This document shows, piece after piece, positions 37,083 through 47,402 of a stretch of DNA of 62,601 nt. Made by a program: the position numbers and the translations under genes. Positions within the stretch are counted from its first letter, which is position 1. The number at the start of each line of letters is the position of its first letter. Source of the stretch: Alphaproteobacteria bacterium. GTDB lineage: Bacteria; Pseudomonadota; Alphaproteobacteria; JAPULJ01. The notes below the pieces were generated by a model, which saw only the letters and a list, made by a program, of their open reading frames with translations, was not told the origin of the DNA and made no database searches. Location of the stretch: the NCBI GenBank assembly GCA_037387885.1, contig JARRKQ010000061.1, positions 11,547-74,147 of the forward strand, in the 5' to 3' direction.

Positions 37083-38246
37083 TCACGCCGCCGACTTCTG
37101 CCCCCACAGCTCGGCGCTGGCGATCTTGGCGCCCTCGGCGAGCGAGCGCAGCTTGGCCCACATGATCGTCGGATGGACGCGCTGGGCGAACGGGCTCTGC
37201 GCGAAGCCGCAATCGGTGCCGCCCATCACGTTCTCGCGGCCGACCAGCTTGGCGAGGCGGACGAGGCGCTCGGCGACCAGCTCGGGATGCTCGACCACGT
37301 TGGTCGCGTGGCTGATCACGCCGGGGACGAGCACCTTGCCGCCAGGATCGACATTCTCCCAGATCCGCCATTCGTGCTCGTGGCGCGGATTGGCGTTCTC
37401 GAACAGGAAGTAGCCGACATTGAGCTTCAGGATCAGGTCGATGATCTCCTTGATCTCGATGTCGAAAACGTGCGGGCCGTTCCAGCTGCCCCAGCAGATG
37501 TGATAGCGCGCGCGCTCCGGCGGGATGCCTTCGAGCGCGTGGTTGAGCGCCTCCAGGCGCAGCCTCGCCCAGTCGCGGTATTCCTCCATCGTCGCCGGCG
37601 GCACCATGCGCTCGTACATGTAGGGCAGGAAGGCGTCGTCGATCTGGACCATGAGCCCGGCATCGACGATGGCGCGGTATTCCTCGCGCAGCGCCTCGGC
37701 GAGGCCGAACATCAGATCCTTCTCGTTGCCGTAGTGCCTGTCGACCACCTCCGGCAGAGCGCTCGCCGGCGCCACCACCGGCAGGAAGGCGCCGGTCGCA
37801 CCGGCCTTCTCCGCCGCGGCCTTGACGTTGGCGATATCGCGCTGAACCGCCTCGTGGCCGGTATAGGTGAGCTTGTCGTTGCAGATGAGCTCGATGCCGA
37901 GCCGGCCCTTGAGCCCCGAGGCTTCGTCGTACTCGGCGTAGAATTCGGGAAAGGCCTCGCGGTCGCGGCCCGACAGCGTGCTGCTGCCACTGTCGGCGGC
38001 GGCCTCTTCGGGGCTCATCTTCCGCCGCTCGAGCCCGCCGAGGCGGTCGTGAATATAGAAAGCCCAGTTCTTGCCCTTCGAATACTCGCCGTCGCTGACG
38101 ATATCGATGCCGGCCTCGACCTGCTGGGCCACGACCTCGTCGATCGACTCCTTGAGGCACGCCTCATAGGCCGCCTCGTCGTAGGGCTGGTCCGCCTCGA
38201 TCAGCTTCATGAAATCGATCAGCTTGGGCGGCCGCACCAGGCTGCC
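37083..38246 (-). CDS. Methionine synthase II family domain (N-terminus missing), C-terminal half of the 37083..38954 fused ORF
   Basis: [55 protein letters not shown]. Confidence 0.8.
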   Translation of the reverse strand, partial: GSLVRPPKLIDFMKLIEADQPYDEAAYEACLKESIDEVVAQQVEAGIDIVSDGEYSKGKNWAFYIHDRLGGLERRKMSPEEAAADSGSSTLSGRDREAFPEFYAEYDEASGLKGRLGIELICNDKLTYTGHEAVQRDIANVKAAAEKAGATGAFLPVVAPASALPEVVDRHYGNEKDLMFGLAEALREEYRAIVDAGLMVQIDDAFLPYMYERMVPPATMEEYRDWARLRLEALNHALEGIPPERARYHICWGSWNGPHVFDIEIKEIIDLILKLNVGYFLFENANPRHEHEWRIWENVDPGGKVLVPGVISHATNVVEHPELVAERLVRLAKLVGRENVMGGTDCGFAQSPFAQRVHPTIMWAKLRSLAEGAKIASAELWGQKSAA

Positions 38247-38954
38247 GAGCACGTTGGCGTCGAGCGGCAGGTTTGCCATGTAGAGCACCGCATCGGCGAC
38301 GTGGCTCACATCCATCGTCGGCTCGGGCTTGATCGAGCCGTCGGCCTGGGGCACGCCTTTCGGGAACGCCGCCGCCAGCTCGGTCAGCGCATTGCCGATA
38401 TCGATCTGGCCGCAGGCGATGTCGTTCACGCGGCCGTCGAGGGCGAGCGAGCGCGTGAGCCCGGTGATCGCGTGCTTGGTCGAGGTGTAGGGCGCGGAGC
38501 CCGGCCGCGGCACATGCGCCGAGATCGAGCCGTTGTTGATGATGCGCCCGCCCTTGGGGTCTTGCGTCTTCATCACCCGGATCGCGGCCTGGGCGCAGAG
38601 GAAGCAGCCGGTCAGGTTGACGTCGACGATCGCCCGCCACTTCTCGACCTCGAGATCCTCGATCGGCGTGCCCGGCAGCGCCATGCCCGCGTTGTTGAAC
38701 AGCACGTCGAGCCGGCCAAACTTGTCCACGGTCTCGGTGAAGAGATCGGCAACCGCGGTCTCGTCGGTGACGTCTGTCGGCACCGGCAGCATGTCACCGC
38801 CATCAGCCGTGGCCATGTTCGAGGTTTCGAGCAGATCCGGGGCGCGCCGCCCGGCGATCGCGACGTTGTAGCCGTCGGCCTGTAGCTTGAGCGCTGCCGC
38901 ACGGCCAATGCCGCTGCCTCCGCCCGTGACGATCGCGACTTTTCCCTCAGGCAT
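38247..38954 (-). CDS. SDR-family oxidoreductase (C-terminus missing), N-terminal half of the fused ORF
   Basis: [48 protein letters not shown]; no stop before the MetE-like domain. Confidence 0.8.
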
Positions 38955-39027
38955 CCTATTCCCCCCGGTCTCTTATCGTTGGCGCCATCATAGCCAGCAC
39001 GACCGTACGAAAACAGGCTTTGGATGC

Positions 39028-39438
39028 TTAGCCCTCGTTCGACATGCCTTCGTGCCGGGGCAGGTCGTCGGCCGGCTCGATCCATTGGAGATGCTCGCGC
39101 CAATAGACGTGGCGGCCGGGCGTCACGGCATTGGGGTCATCGAAGTTGGCGACAAGGAGATGTTGCTCGTCGGGCCAGCGTTCGCCTTCGTAAGCGAGCG
39201 GCGTGCCGCAGGTGGGGCAGAAGCTGCGCGCGACGCCGGGCGAGGAGGCAAAGCGCTTCGGCGCATCGCCTTCCCACGATACGGCATCCTTTGGAAAGCC
39301 GGCCCAGGTCACGAAGGGCGCGCCCGAGGAACGGCGGCAACTTTCACAATGGCAATGCGCGACCCAGAGCGGCTCGGCCGGCGCGCGGTAGCGCACCGCC
39401 CTGCAGAGACAGCCGCCGGTGATGCCGTGCTCGCTCAA
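39028..39438 (-). CDS. GFA/CENP-V family zinc protein
   Basis: TGGCLCRAVRY, HCHCESCRR, RSFCPTCGT. Confidence 0.92.
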   Translation of the reverse strand: MSEHGITGGCLCRAVRYRAPAEPLWVAHCHCESCRRSSGAPFVTWAGFPKDAVSWEGDAPKRFASSPGVARSFCPTCGTPLAYEGERWPDEQHLLVANFDDPNAVTPGRHVYWREHLQWIEPADDLPRHEGMSNEG

Positions 39439-39455
39439 GGCCGGCCTCCTTCAAA

Positions 39456-40286
39456 TCAGTCGCGCAGCAGCTCGTTGATCGAGGTCTTGGAGCGCGTCTG
39501 CTCGTCGACGATCTTGACGATGACGGCGCAGTAGAGGCTGGGCCCGCCCTTGGGGTCCGGCAGCGAGCCGGGCACCACGACCGAGTAGGCGGGCACGCGG
39601 CCGCGATGCACCTCGCCGCTCGCCCGGTCGACGATCTTGGTCGAGGCGCCGATATAGACGCCCATCGACAGCACCGCGCCCTCCTCGACGATCACGCCTT
39701 CGGCGACTTCGGAGCGCGCGCCGATAAAGCAGTTGTCCTCGATGATCACGGGATCGGCCTGCAGCGGCTCAAGCACACCGCCGATGCCCGCCCCACCCGA
39801 GATGTGACAGTTCTTGCCGATCTGGGCGCACGACCCGACGGTCGCCCAGGTATCGATCATGCTGCCCTCGTCGACGTAGGCGCCGAGGTTCACGAAACAC
39901 GGCATCAGCACGACGCCCGGCGCGATGAAGGCCGAGCGCCGGACGATGCAGTTGGGCACCGCCCGGAAGCCGGCGTCGCGGAAGCGGTTGTCGCCCCAGC
40001 CCTCGAACTTCGAGGGCACCTTGTCGAACCAGGGCGTGTTGCCGCCTGGCCCGCCGGCGATCGGCGCCATGTCGTTCAGGCGGAAGGACAGCAGCACCGC
40101 CTTCTTGGCCCACTGATTGACATGCCAGCCATCGCCAGATTTTTCCGCGACGCGCAGATTGCCCGCGTCGAGCGCTTCCAGCGCCGCATGCACCGCCGCG
40201 CGCACGGGTCCCGTGGTGTTGGGGCCCACGCTTTCGCGGCTCTCCCAGCCCTCGTCGATGATCGCTTCAAGGTCTTCGAGATTCAT
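39456..40286 (-). CDS. dapD: 2,3,4,5-tetrahydropyridine-2,6-dicarboxylate N-succinyltransferase
   Basis: [48 protein letters not shown]. Confidence 0.96.
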   Translation of the reverse strand: MNLEDLEAIIDEGWESRESVGPNTTGPVRAAVHAALEALDAGNLRVAEKSGDGWHVNQWAKKAVLLSFRLNDMAPIAGGPGGNTPWFDKVPSKFEGWGDNRFRDAGFRAVPNCIVRRSAFIAPGVVLMPCFVNLGAYVDEGSMIDTWATVGSCAQIGKNCHISGGAGIGGVLEPLQADPVIIEDNCFIGARSEVAEGVIVEEGAVLSMGVYIGASTKIVDRASGEVHRGRVPAYSVVVPGSLPDPKGGPSLYCAVIVKIVDEQTRSKTSINELLRD

Positions 40287-40374
40287 GTCCTGCCCCGCCG
40301 CTCGGATTTCGCGCGCGGAACATGTGACAGGGGCTCCAGGGTGTCAACGGCGGGCGCCGCCGAATGGTGCGCTG

Positions 40375-41076
40375 CTAGCTCTCCCGCGCCGACGCAACAC
40401 CGTGCAGCCAGCCGGCCAGGTCCTCGGTCTCGTGATGGATATGCTCGCCCGGCTCGCCGACATTTGCGTATTCGGTGTCGGTGCGGATCCACACCGTGGT
40501 CATGCCGAGCGCATGCGCCGGCTCCAGGTTCTTCGGGATGTCGTCGAAGAACACCGTCGCCTCGGCCTTGAGCGCGAAGGCCTTGAGCGCCCCCTCGTAG
40601 ATCGAGAGATCGGGCTTGGGGCGGTAGGCGCCGGCGACGATATCGAAGATCGCCTCGAAGTGGTGGCTCACGCCGACCCGCTCCATGACCCGCTCGGCAT
40701 GATGGCGCGAGGCATTCGTCAGTATGTATTTGGGGCCCTCAAGGCGGGATAGCGCGGCGTCGAGATGGGGGTCGGCCGGCACCGGGCTGTGGTCGATCGC
40801 GTGAACGTGGTTAAGGAAGTCTTGCGGCGCGATGCCGTGCTCGGTCATCAGCCCCCGCATCGTCGTGCCGTAGCGCCGAAACAGGTCCTTCTGGACCACA
40901 TGCGCCGCATCGGTATCGCAGCCCATCAGGCCGCAGATAAACTCCTTCATTCGCGCGTCGATCTGCGCAAACAGGTTGCACGAATGGGGATAGAGCGTGT
41001 TGTCGAGGTCGAATACCCAGGCCTCGACATGGCCAAGTTTAGGATGCGCGCCGTCCGGCGCCTTATCAGCGGTCAT
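40375..41076 (-). CDS. Pyrimidine 5'-nucleotidase (HAD family)
   Basis: WVFDLDNTLYP, YGTTMRGL, PKP, FFDDIPKNLEPAHALGMTTVW. Confidence 0.9.
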   Translation of the reverse strand: MTADKAPDGAHPKLGHVEAWVFDLDNTLYPHSCNLFAQIDARMKEFICGLMGCDTDAAHVVQKDLFRRYGTTMRGLMTEHGIAPQDFLNHVHAIDHSPVPADPHLDAALSRLEGPKYILTNASRHHAERVMERVGVSHHFEAIFDIVAGAYRPKPDLSIYEGALKAFALKAEATVFFDDIPKNLEPAHALGMTTVWIRTDTEYANVGEPGEHIHHETEDLAGWLHGVASARES

Positions 41077-41158
41077 TCACCATATTTGCGGCGCAAAAAC
41101 TGGCCCCGCAAGGCCAAATCGAAAGCATTCGTTAAAGAACCTTTTCTAAATTTTAAGC

Positions 41159-43024
41159 TTGGCCGGAGACAATCCGGCAGGTCTCCCGAAACAACAGCCC
41201 GGGCGGGATCGCGTGTTTGGATCGAAGAGCAAACCGGGTGTCTCCGACGAACACCAAAACCAGCCCACGAACATAACGCTCTCGGCGCAATCGGCGGCGC
41301 CGGCGCCCATGGCGCCGGCCGCGCTGCCCGGCGGGACCGACGAGGGCGCACGCCTGCGTTACGAGCGCGACCGCTTCCTCGCCTTCGCCTTCTGCGCCTC
41401 TGACATATTGATGGAGCTCGACGAGCGGCATAACGTCGTATTCGCCGCGGGTGCGGTGTCCGCCTTTCTGGGCGTGACCTCCGAGTCGGTGGCCAAGCAG
41501 CCGCTGATGAATTTCATCACCGCCCAGTCGCGGCCGGCGATCGGCGAGCTGCTCCTGGCGATCCATGACGGCCGCCGCCTGGAGCCGATGAAGGTGCGCC
41601 TGAACAGCGCCACCGGCCCGACGCCGCCGATGCTCGCGGTCGGCTACCGGCTCTCCGACCTGTCCAACCGGATCTTCATTACCTTCCGCATGGCGCGCTC
41701 GCTGGACGACGACGATCCGACCAATCCGCACCGGCGGCGCGGTGGGCTCCACGACGAAGAGTCCTTCGCCGAGATGGCCGCGCGGCGCCTGCGCTCCAGT
41801 GCGGAACATCCCAACGAACAGCTGACGCTGATCGAGCTCGACACCGACCCCGATTTCTCCCAGCGCCTCGACCAGGCCGCAGAGACCGAGCTCAAGGAAA
41901 CCATCGCCACCTGCCTGCGCGCCAAGTCGGTCGACGGCCGCTCCGCCGGCGAGCTTGAGGACGGACGCTACGGCGTCGTTCACCAGCGCGGCATGGATGT
42001 CGGCGAGCTCAACGCGCGCATCGAGGAAGCAACGCGCGCGGCCGATCCGGGCGGCGCCGGCGTAACCGTGCGCGCGGCCTCGGTCGACCTCGTCTGCGAC
42101 GGCGTCAGCGAGGACGATGCGGCCAAGGCGCTCGCCTATACGATCCACGAATTCTGCCGGGCGCCGGGCGCGCGGCTCACCATGGAGAAGCTGACCCATG
42201 GGCTGACCGGGCTGCTGGAGACCAACGCCAAGCGCATGGCCGACGTCCGCCACGTCATCTCCGAGGACGCCTTCGAGATCTACTTCCAGCCCGTCGTCCA
42301 TCTGAAATCGCAGCGCACCAGCCATTTCGAGGTGCTGTCGCGCTTCACCAGCGTGCAGAAGGGCGTGCCGCCCTACGACTTCGTGCACTTCGCCGAGGAG
42401 GTGAACCTCATCTCCGACTTCGATCTCGCGGTTTGTCATAAGGCGACGGCGGCCCTGCGCGCCCGCGCCGACACGTTGGACACCTGGCCGATCGCGGTGA
42501 ACATTTCCGGGCGGTCCTTCGAGGACCCGGTCTTCCAGGACGGCCTGCTGCGCCTCCTGGAGGACAACCCCGATCTCCGCCACAACCTGCTCTTCGAGCT
42601 CACCGAATCGATGGCGGTCGCCGACATCCACGCGACCAACGATTTCGTCCAGGCGCTGCGCGCTTCGGGCCACAAGGTCTGCCTCGACGATTTCGGCGTC
42701 GGCGCTGCGGCCTTCGAATATCTCCGCGCCATCGATATCGACTTCGTCAAGATCGACGGCAGCTACGTCCAGAGCGCGCTGGAGAACAAGAAGTCGAGCC
42801 ACTTCCTGCGCGCCATCGCGGGGCTATGCCGCGACCTCGGTGTGGCCACCGTCGCCGAGATGGTGGAGGACGAGTACTGCGTCAAATACCTGATCACCGC
42901 CGGCATCGATTACGGCCAGGGCTACTACTTCGGCCGGCCCGATCCCAAGATGGTGCCGACCATCCCCGCGATGCCCGACGGCATGGGCGCGCGCGGCAGC
43001 GGCGCCTCGATGGGCCGCGGTTAG
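41159..43024 (+). CDS. EAL-domain c-di-GMP phosphodiesterase with N-terminal PAS-like and degenerate GGDEF-like regions (start uncertain)
   Basis: YFQPVV, FEVLSR, AVNISG, FELTES, LDDFGVG, VKIDG, VAEMVE, GQGYYFGRP. Confidence 0.88.
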   Translation: MAGDNPAGLPKQQPGRDRVFGSKSKPGVSDEHQNQPTNITLSAQSAAPAPMAPAALPGGTDEGARLRYERDRFLAFAFCASDILMELDERHNVVFAAGAVSAFLGVTSESVAKQPLMNFITAQSRPAIGELLLAIHDGRRLEPMKVRLNSATGPTPPMLAVGYRLSDLSNRIFITFRMARSLDDDDPTNPHRRRGGLHDEESFAEMAARRLRSSAEHPNEQLTLIELDTDPDFSQRLDQAAETELKETIATCLRAKSVDGRSAGELEDGRYGVVHQRGMDVGELNARIEEATRAADPGGAGVTVRAASVDLVCDGVSEDDAAKALAYTIHEFCRAPGARLTMEKLTHGLTGLLETNAKRMADVRHVISEDAFEIYFQPVVHLKSQRTSHFEVLSRFTSVQKGVPPYDFVHFAEEVNLISDFDLAVCHKATAALRARADTLDTWPIAVNISGRSFEDPVFQDGLLRLLEDNPDLRHNLLFELTESMAVADIHATNDFVQALRASGHKVCLDDFGVGAAAFEYLRAIDIDFVKIDGSYVQSALENKKSSHFLRAIAGLCRDLGVATVAEMVEDEYCVKYLITAGIDYGQGYYFGRPDPKMVPTIPAMPDGMGARGSGASMGRG

Positions 43025-43040
43025 CTCCAGGAGGTTGGGG

Positions 43041-44459
43041 GTGCCCGGAGCGATCGAAAAAACCAACCCGGCCGCGCCGAACACGTCCACCGGATCCGGC
43101 GGACGGCCGTCGCTCGACCGCAATCTGCAAGCGGCGCTGATCGAATCGCGCAAGCGTTACAAGGACTTGGTCGAAATCTCCAGCGACTTCGCCTGGGAGA
43201 CCGACGGCACCGCCTTCGTCTTCGTCTCGCCCCATGGCGCGCTCGGCTACAGCGCCAAGGATCTGGTCGGCCTCGACGTGACGGCGCTGCTTCAGGACGA
43301 GGCCGATGCCGCCGACACACCGTTCAAGGCGAGCCGCCCGGTCAACCGCGTGCAGTTCTGGTGCCGCGCGGCCGATGGCGCGCCGCGCCGGCTCTCGTGC
43401 TCGGCCATGCCGATCTTCGACGACGACGGCAAGTGGATGGGCGCGCGCGGCGTTGCCCGCGATGTCACCGAGGAGAGCGGCCTCGAAGAGGCGCTGGCCC
43501 GCGCCCATACGCGCGAGCGGCTCTACAATCACGTGCTCACCAGCATCTGGGACACGGTCAAGCCGGAGGACATGCTGACCGCCGCCGCCGATGGCGCGCG
43601 CCGCGCGCTGTCCGGCGACCGCTGCCTCATCTGGCGCTTCAATGCCGAAGGCGAAGCGACCCTCGCAGCCAGCTCGGGCGATCCCGGCGAGGACGGCGAT
43701 GTGCGCCCGCCCGCCAAGCTTCCGGACGAGGGCGCGATCGAGCATCCGGCCGGTGACGGCCACGGGCTCTTCGCCCGCACCGCCGCACGCGACGGCAGCG
43801 AAGGTGCGGTCGCCATCATCCGCGATCCCGGCCGTCCGCAGTTCGAGGGCGACGAGAAGCGCCTGTTGAGCGAGCTCGCCTTCCAGTTCGGCATCGCGAT
43901 GGCGCATGTCGAGCATCAGACGAAACTCGATCGCCTCGCGCGCATCGACGGGCTGACGGGTCTTCTCGTCCGCCGCGCCTTCCTGGAAGTGGTGGGTGGC
44001 CGGCTGGGTGCGGCGGGCGCGCTGCTCTACATCGACCTCGACAACTTCAAGCCGGTCAACGATTTGCACGGCCACGAGGCGGGTGACCGCATCCTCTGCA
44101 TGGTCGCCCGGCAGCTCGAAACGGCGGCGGGCGATCACGGGCTCGCGGCGCGGCTGGGCGGCGACGAGTTCGCGATCTGGCTCGACGACGCCGATGCGCG
44201 CGAGGCCGAAGCGGCCGCGCTCGGTTTGCAGCGCGCCGCACGCGAGCTTGCCCCGTACTCGGCCGAGGCCTCGCGCCCGATCGGCTATTCGATCGGCATC
44301 GCCGTCCACCGGCCCCATGCGAGCGGGGCGGTGGAAACGCTCGATGCGTTGGTCGCGCGCGCCGACGCCGCGATGTACGCGGTCAAGCACGATGGCAAGG
44401 ATGGCATCCGCGTCGCCCCCGCGATCGCTAATAGCAACGGGGAGGGATCGAATGACTGA
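43041..44459 (+). CDS. PAS-GAF-GGDEF diguanylate cyclase
   Basis: AGGAGG RBS then GTG 43041; SSDFAWETD PAS, GARGVARDVTE, DGLTGL, IDLDNFKPVND, RLGGDEF, SIGIA. Confidence 0.9.
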   Translation: MPGAIEKTNPAAPNTSTGSGGRPSLDRNLQAALIESRKRYKDLVEISSDFAWETDGTAFVFVSPHGALGYSAKDLVGLDVTALLQDEADAADTPFKASRPVNRVQFWCRAADGAPRRLSCSAMPIFDDDGKWMGARGVARDVTEESGLEEALARAHTRERLYNHVLTSIWDTVKPEDMLTAAADGARRALSGDRCLIWRFNAEGEATLAASSGDPGEDGDVRPPAKLPDEGAIEHPAGDGHGLFARTAARDGSEGAVAIIRDPGRPQFEGDEKRLLSELAFQFGIAMAHVEHQTKLDRLARIDGLTGLLVRRAFLEVVGGRLGAAGALLYIDLDNFKPVNDLHGHEAGDRILCMVARQLETAAGDHGLAARLGGDEFAIWLDDADAREAEAAALGLQRAARELAPYSAEASRPIGYSIGIAVHRPHASGAVETLDALVARADAAMYAVKHDGKDGIRVAPAIANSNGEGSND

Positions 44460-45711
44460 GCTGCCTCCCCGCCGCGGAAAGGCCTACGAGAAAGCGAAGA
44501 AGATCGCGCAACGCGGCGACGCGAAGGCGCGGCGCAAGCTCGCAGAGCGCGAGGACGTTCAGCCCGAGCTGCTCTACTACTTGGCCGAGGATGACGAGCC
44601 GGAGGTGCGGCGCGCCATCGCGCAGAACGCCGCGACCCCGCCGCACGCCGATTTCATTCTCGCCACCGACCTGCACGAAAGCGTGCGCGAGGGCCTTGCC
44701 GGCAAGCTCGCCGGACTCGTGCCGGACCTCGATGGCGCGACCTTCGGCCGCCTGCACAAGCTGACCCGTCAGACCATCGCCACGCTGGCGCGCGACGAGC
44801 TGCCGCGCGTGCGCGCAATCATGTCCGAAGCGCTCTCCGAGCTCGACGGCAAGGTGCCGGAGGAGCTGCGGAAGCTCGTTCAGGCGCTCGCCGCCGACGA
44901 GGTGCTCGAGGTCGCGAGCCCCGTTCTCGAGCGCTCGCCACTGTTGAGCGAACGCGACATTCTTTCGATCATCACCTCCGGCCCGCCCGACGGCGCGCTC
45001 GCCATCGTCGCCAAGCGCGCCGGACTCGGCGAGTCGCTGGCCGATTTCGTGGTCGAGCACGGGGACGAGAATGCCGTCACCCAACTCCTCGCCAACGAGA
45101 GCGCGCAGATCCGCGAGGAAACCCTCGACCGCATCCTCGACAAGGCGCCCGAAGTGCCGGAGTGGCACGACCCGCTGGTGCGCCGGCCCCAGCTATCGGT
45201 CCAGGTCACCATGCGCATCGCGGGCTTCGTCGCGCGCTCGCTGCTCGACGTGCTGCTGACCCGGAGCGATCTCGACCCAGAGACCGCCGAGGTCGTCCGT
45301 GCCATCGTCGCCGGCCGCATCGAGAGCGACTTGCCTGCCGAGGGCGGCGGCGACGAGGAAGAGGAAGACCCCGCCGACGAGGCCCAGCGCCTGCATGCCG
45401 AAGGCCAACTCGATGACGCCCGGCTGATGGACGCGGTCAACGCCGGCAAGCGCCGCTTCGCCACCGCCGGTCTCGCGGCGCGCGCAAGCATGTCCTACGA
45501 AACCGCGCGCGACCTTCTGGCGACCCGCAGCGCCAAGGCCGTGACGGCGCTTGCCTGGAAGGCGGGCCTGGAAATGCGCGATGCGATCCAGGTCCAGCTC
45601 CGCCTCGCCGGCGTGTCGCCGCAATCGGCGCTCTATGCGCGCGACGGCACCGACTATCCGCTGTCGGAAGAAGACCTCGAATGGCAGCTGGAGTTCTTCT
45701 CGAAGAGCTAG
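44452..45711 (+). CDS. DUF2336-family helical-repeat protein
   Basis: Overlaps the GGDEF stop; HEAT-like VRRAIAQN, DEVLEVASPVLERSPLL, LLAN.SAQI..ETLD. Confidence 0.78.
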   Translation: MTELPPRRGKAYEKAKKIAQRGDAKARRKLAEREDVQPELLYYLAEDDEPEVRRAIAQNAATPPHADFILATDLHESVREGLAGKLAGLVPDLDGATFGRLHKLTRQTIATLARDELPRVRAIMSEALSELDGKVPEELRKLVQALAADEVLEVASPVLERSPLLSERDILSIITSGPPDGALAIVAKRAGLGESLADFVVEHGDENAVTQLLANESAQIREETLDRILDKAPEVPEWHDPLVRRPQLSVQVTMRIAGFVARSLLDVLLTRSDLDPETAEVVRAIVAGRIESDLPAEGGGDEEEEDPADEAQRLHAEGQLDDARLMDAVNAGKRRFATAGLAARASMSYETARDLLATRSAKAVTALAWKAGLEMRDAIQVQLRLAGVSPQSALYARDGTDYPLSEEDLEWQLEFFSKS

Positions 45712-45727
45712 GCGGTTACGCCACCGG

Positions 45728-46685
45728 TTAGTCGTCGACCGCTTCAACCTCTTCGATCACCGCGTCATTGCCGATCAGCGTGCCGACGCCGTGGGGCGTG
45801 AAGATCTCCAGCAGCATCGCATGCGGCACCCTTCCGTCCATGATAACGGCGGCCTCCACGCCCTGCTCGACCGCTTTGATGCAGGTCTCGACCTTGGGGA
45901 TCATGCCGCCGTGGATGGTGCCGTCGTCGATCAGCGCCTGTGCGGCCTCGGTGGTGAGGTCCGGGATCAGGTTGCTGTCCTTGTCGAGCACGCCGACGAC
46001 GTCGGTCAGCAGGAAGAAGCGCGCCGCCCCCATGGCGCCGGCGATGGCGCCGGCCGCGGTATCCGCATTGATGTTGAAGGTCTCGCCCTTGGGGCCGACG
46101 CCGATCGGCGCGATCACCGGGATCACGTCTGAGTCGGCGAGGTTGTTCAGAAGCTCGGGCTTGATCTCCGACGGCTCGCCGACGAAGCCGAGATCGAGGA
46201 TCTTCTCGATGTTCGATTCGGGATCGCGCTTGGTGCGGCGAAGCTTCCGCGCCTTGATGAGCCCGCTGTCCTTGCCGCTCAAGCCGATCGCCGAGCCGCC
46301 CGCTTCGTTGATCGACTGGACGATCGATTTGTTGATGGCGCCCGACAGCACCATCTCGACCACGCCCACCGTCTCCTTGTCGGGTCTCCTTGTCGGTCAC
46401 CCGCAAGCCGTCGATGAACTCGCTCTTCACCGCCAGCCGCTCGAGCATGGCGCCGATCTGCGGGCCGCCGCCATGGACCACGATCGGGTCGATGCCGGCA
46501 TGTTTCAGCAGTACGATGTCCTTGGCGAACGAAGCCGCCAGGCTGGCATCGCCCATCGCGTGCCCGCCGTACTTGATGACGAAACACTCGCCGGCATAGC
46601 GCCGCATATAGGGCAGCGCGTCGGTCAGCACGCGGCCGAGATGGATCCACTCTCTGGCTTCTTTGATCTGGCGGGCTTTGATCAT
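45728..46685 (-). pseudogene. argB: Acetylglutamate kinase split by a 13-bp tandem duplication (frameshift at ~46371-46396)
   Basis: N-part [27 protein letters not shown]; C-part VEMVLSG, GLSGKD, NINAD, GGMIPK. GTCTCCTTGTCGG occurs twice in tandem. Confidence 0.85.
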
Positions 46686-46709
46686 GTCGAGACCTTAGTT
46701 GAAGCGTCG

Positions 46710-47402
46710 TCAGGTCGCCAGCGCCGCGAGCCCCGCGCGCAGCTCGGCGATGCCTGTGCCTTTGAGCGCGCTGGTGGCGGCGATCGTCGGATAGGCGGCG
46801 CCGTGCGTCTTGAGCTCCGTTGCGGCTTCTGCAAGGCGGGCGGCCAGCGCGCCGGCCTTCACCTTGTCGCATTTGGTGAACACGGCCTGATAGACCACGG
46901 CCGCCTCGTCCAATAGCCCCATGATCTCGCGGTCGCTGTCCTTGATGCCGCGCCGGGCGTCGATCAGCAGACAGAGTCGGCGCAGGTTCGGGCGCCCCGT
47001 CAGATAGTCGCGGACGAGGCGCGTCCAGCCCTTGACCTGCTTCTTGGAGACCTTGGCGTAGCCGTAGCCCGGTAGGTCGGCGAGCAGCAGCGCGTCGCCC
47101 AGATCGAAGAAGTTGATCTCGCGGGTTCGGCCCGGCGTGTTCGAGGTGCGCGCGAGCGTCTTGCGTCCGGTCAGCGCGTTCAAGAGGCTCGACTTGCCGA
47201 CATTGGAGCGGCCGGCAAAGGCGATCTCCGGCATCGTAGGCGCGGGCAGGCCGTCGAGCCGCACGACGCCGCGCAGAAAGGTGCACTCCTTGGCGAAGAG
47301 AAGCCGTCCGGCCTCCAACGCCTCGGCGTCGAACTCATCATCCATGACGATATCGGAAGCGGGGGGCGGCGGCGGATCACCCAGGCCGGGCCCGGCCATC
47401 AC
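46710..47402 (-). CDS. engB: Ribosome biogenesis GTPase YihA/YsxC
   Basis: FAGRSNVGKSSL, SNTPGRT, DLPGYGYA, TKCDK, TSA. Confidence 0.95.
   Translation of the reverse strand: MMAGPGLGDPPPPPASDIVMDDEFDAEALEAGRLLFAKECTFLRGVVRLDGLPAPTMPEIAFAGRSNVGKSSLLNALTGRKTLARTSNTPGRTREINFFDLGDALLLADLPGYGYAKVSKKQVKGWTRLVRDYLTGRPNLRRLCLLIDARRGIKDSDREIMGLLDEAAVVYQAVFTKCDKVKAGALAARLAEAATELKTHGAAYPTIAATSALKGTGIAELRAGLAALAT

Noticed and set aside
43996-45711. 571-aa ORF overlapping the GGDEF gene
   Set aside because: The first 152 aa are off-frame over the cyclase; the real start is 44452.
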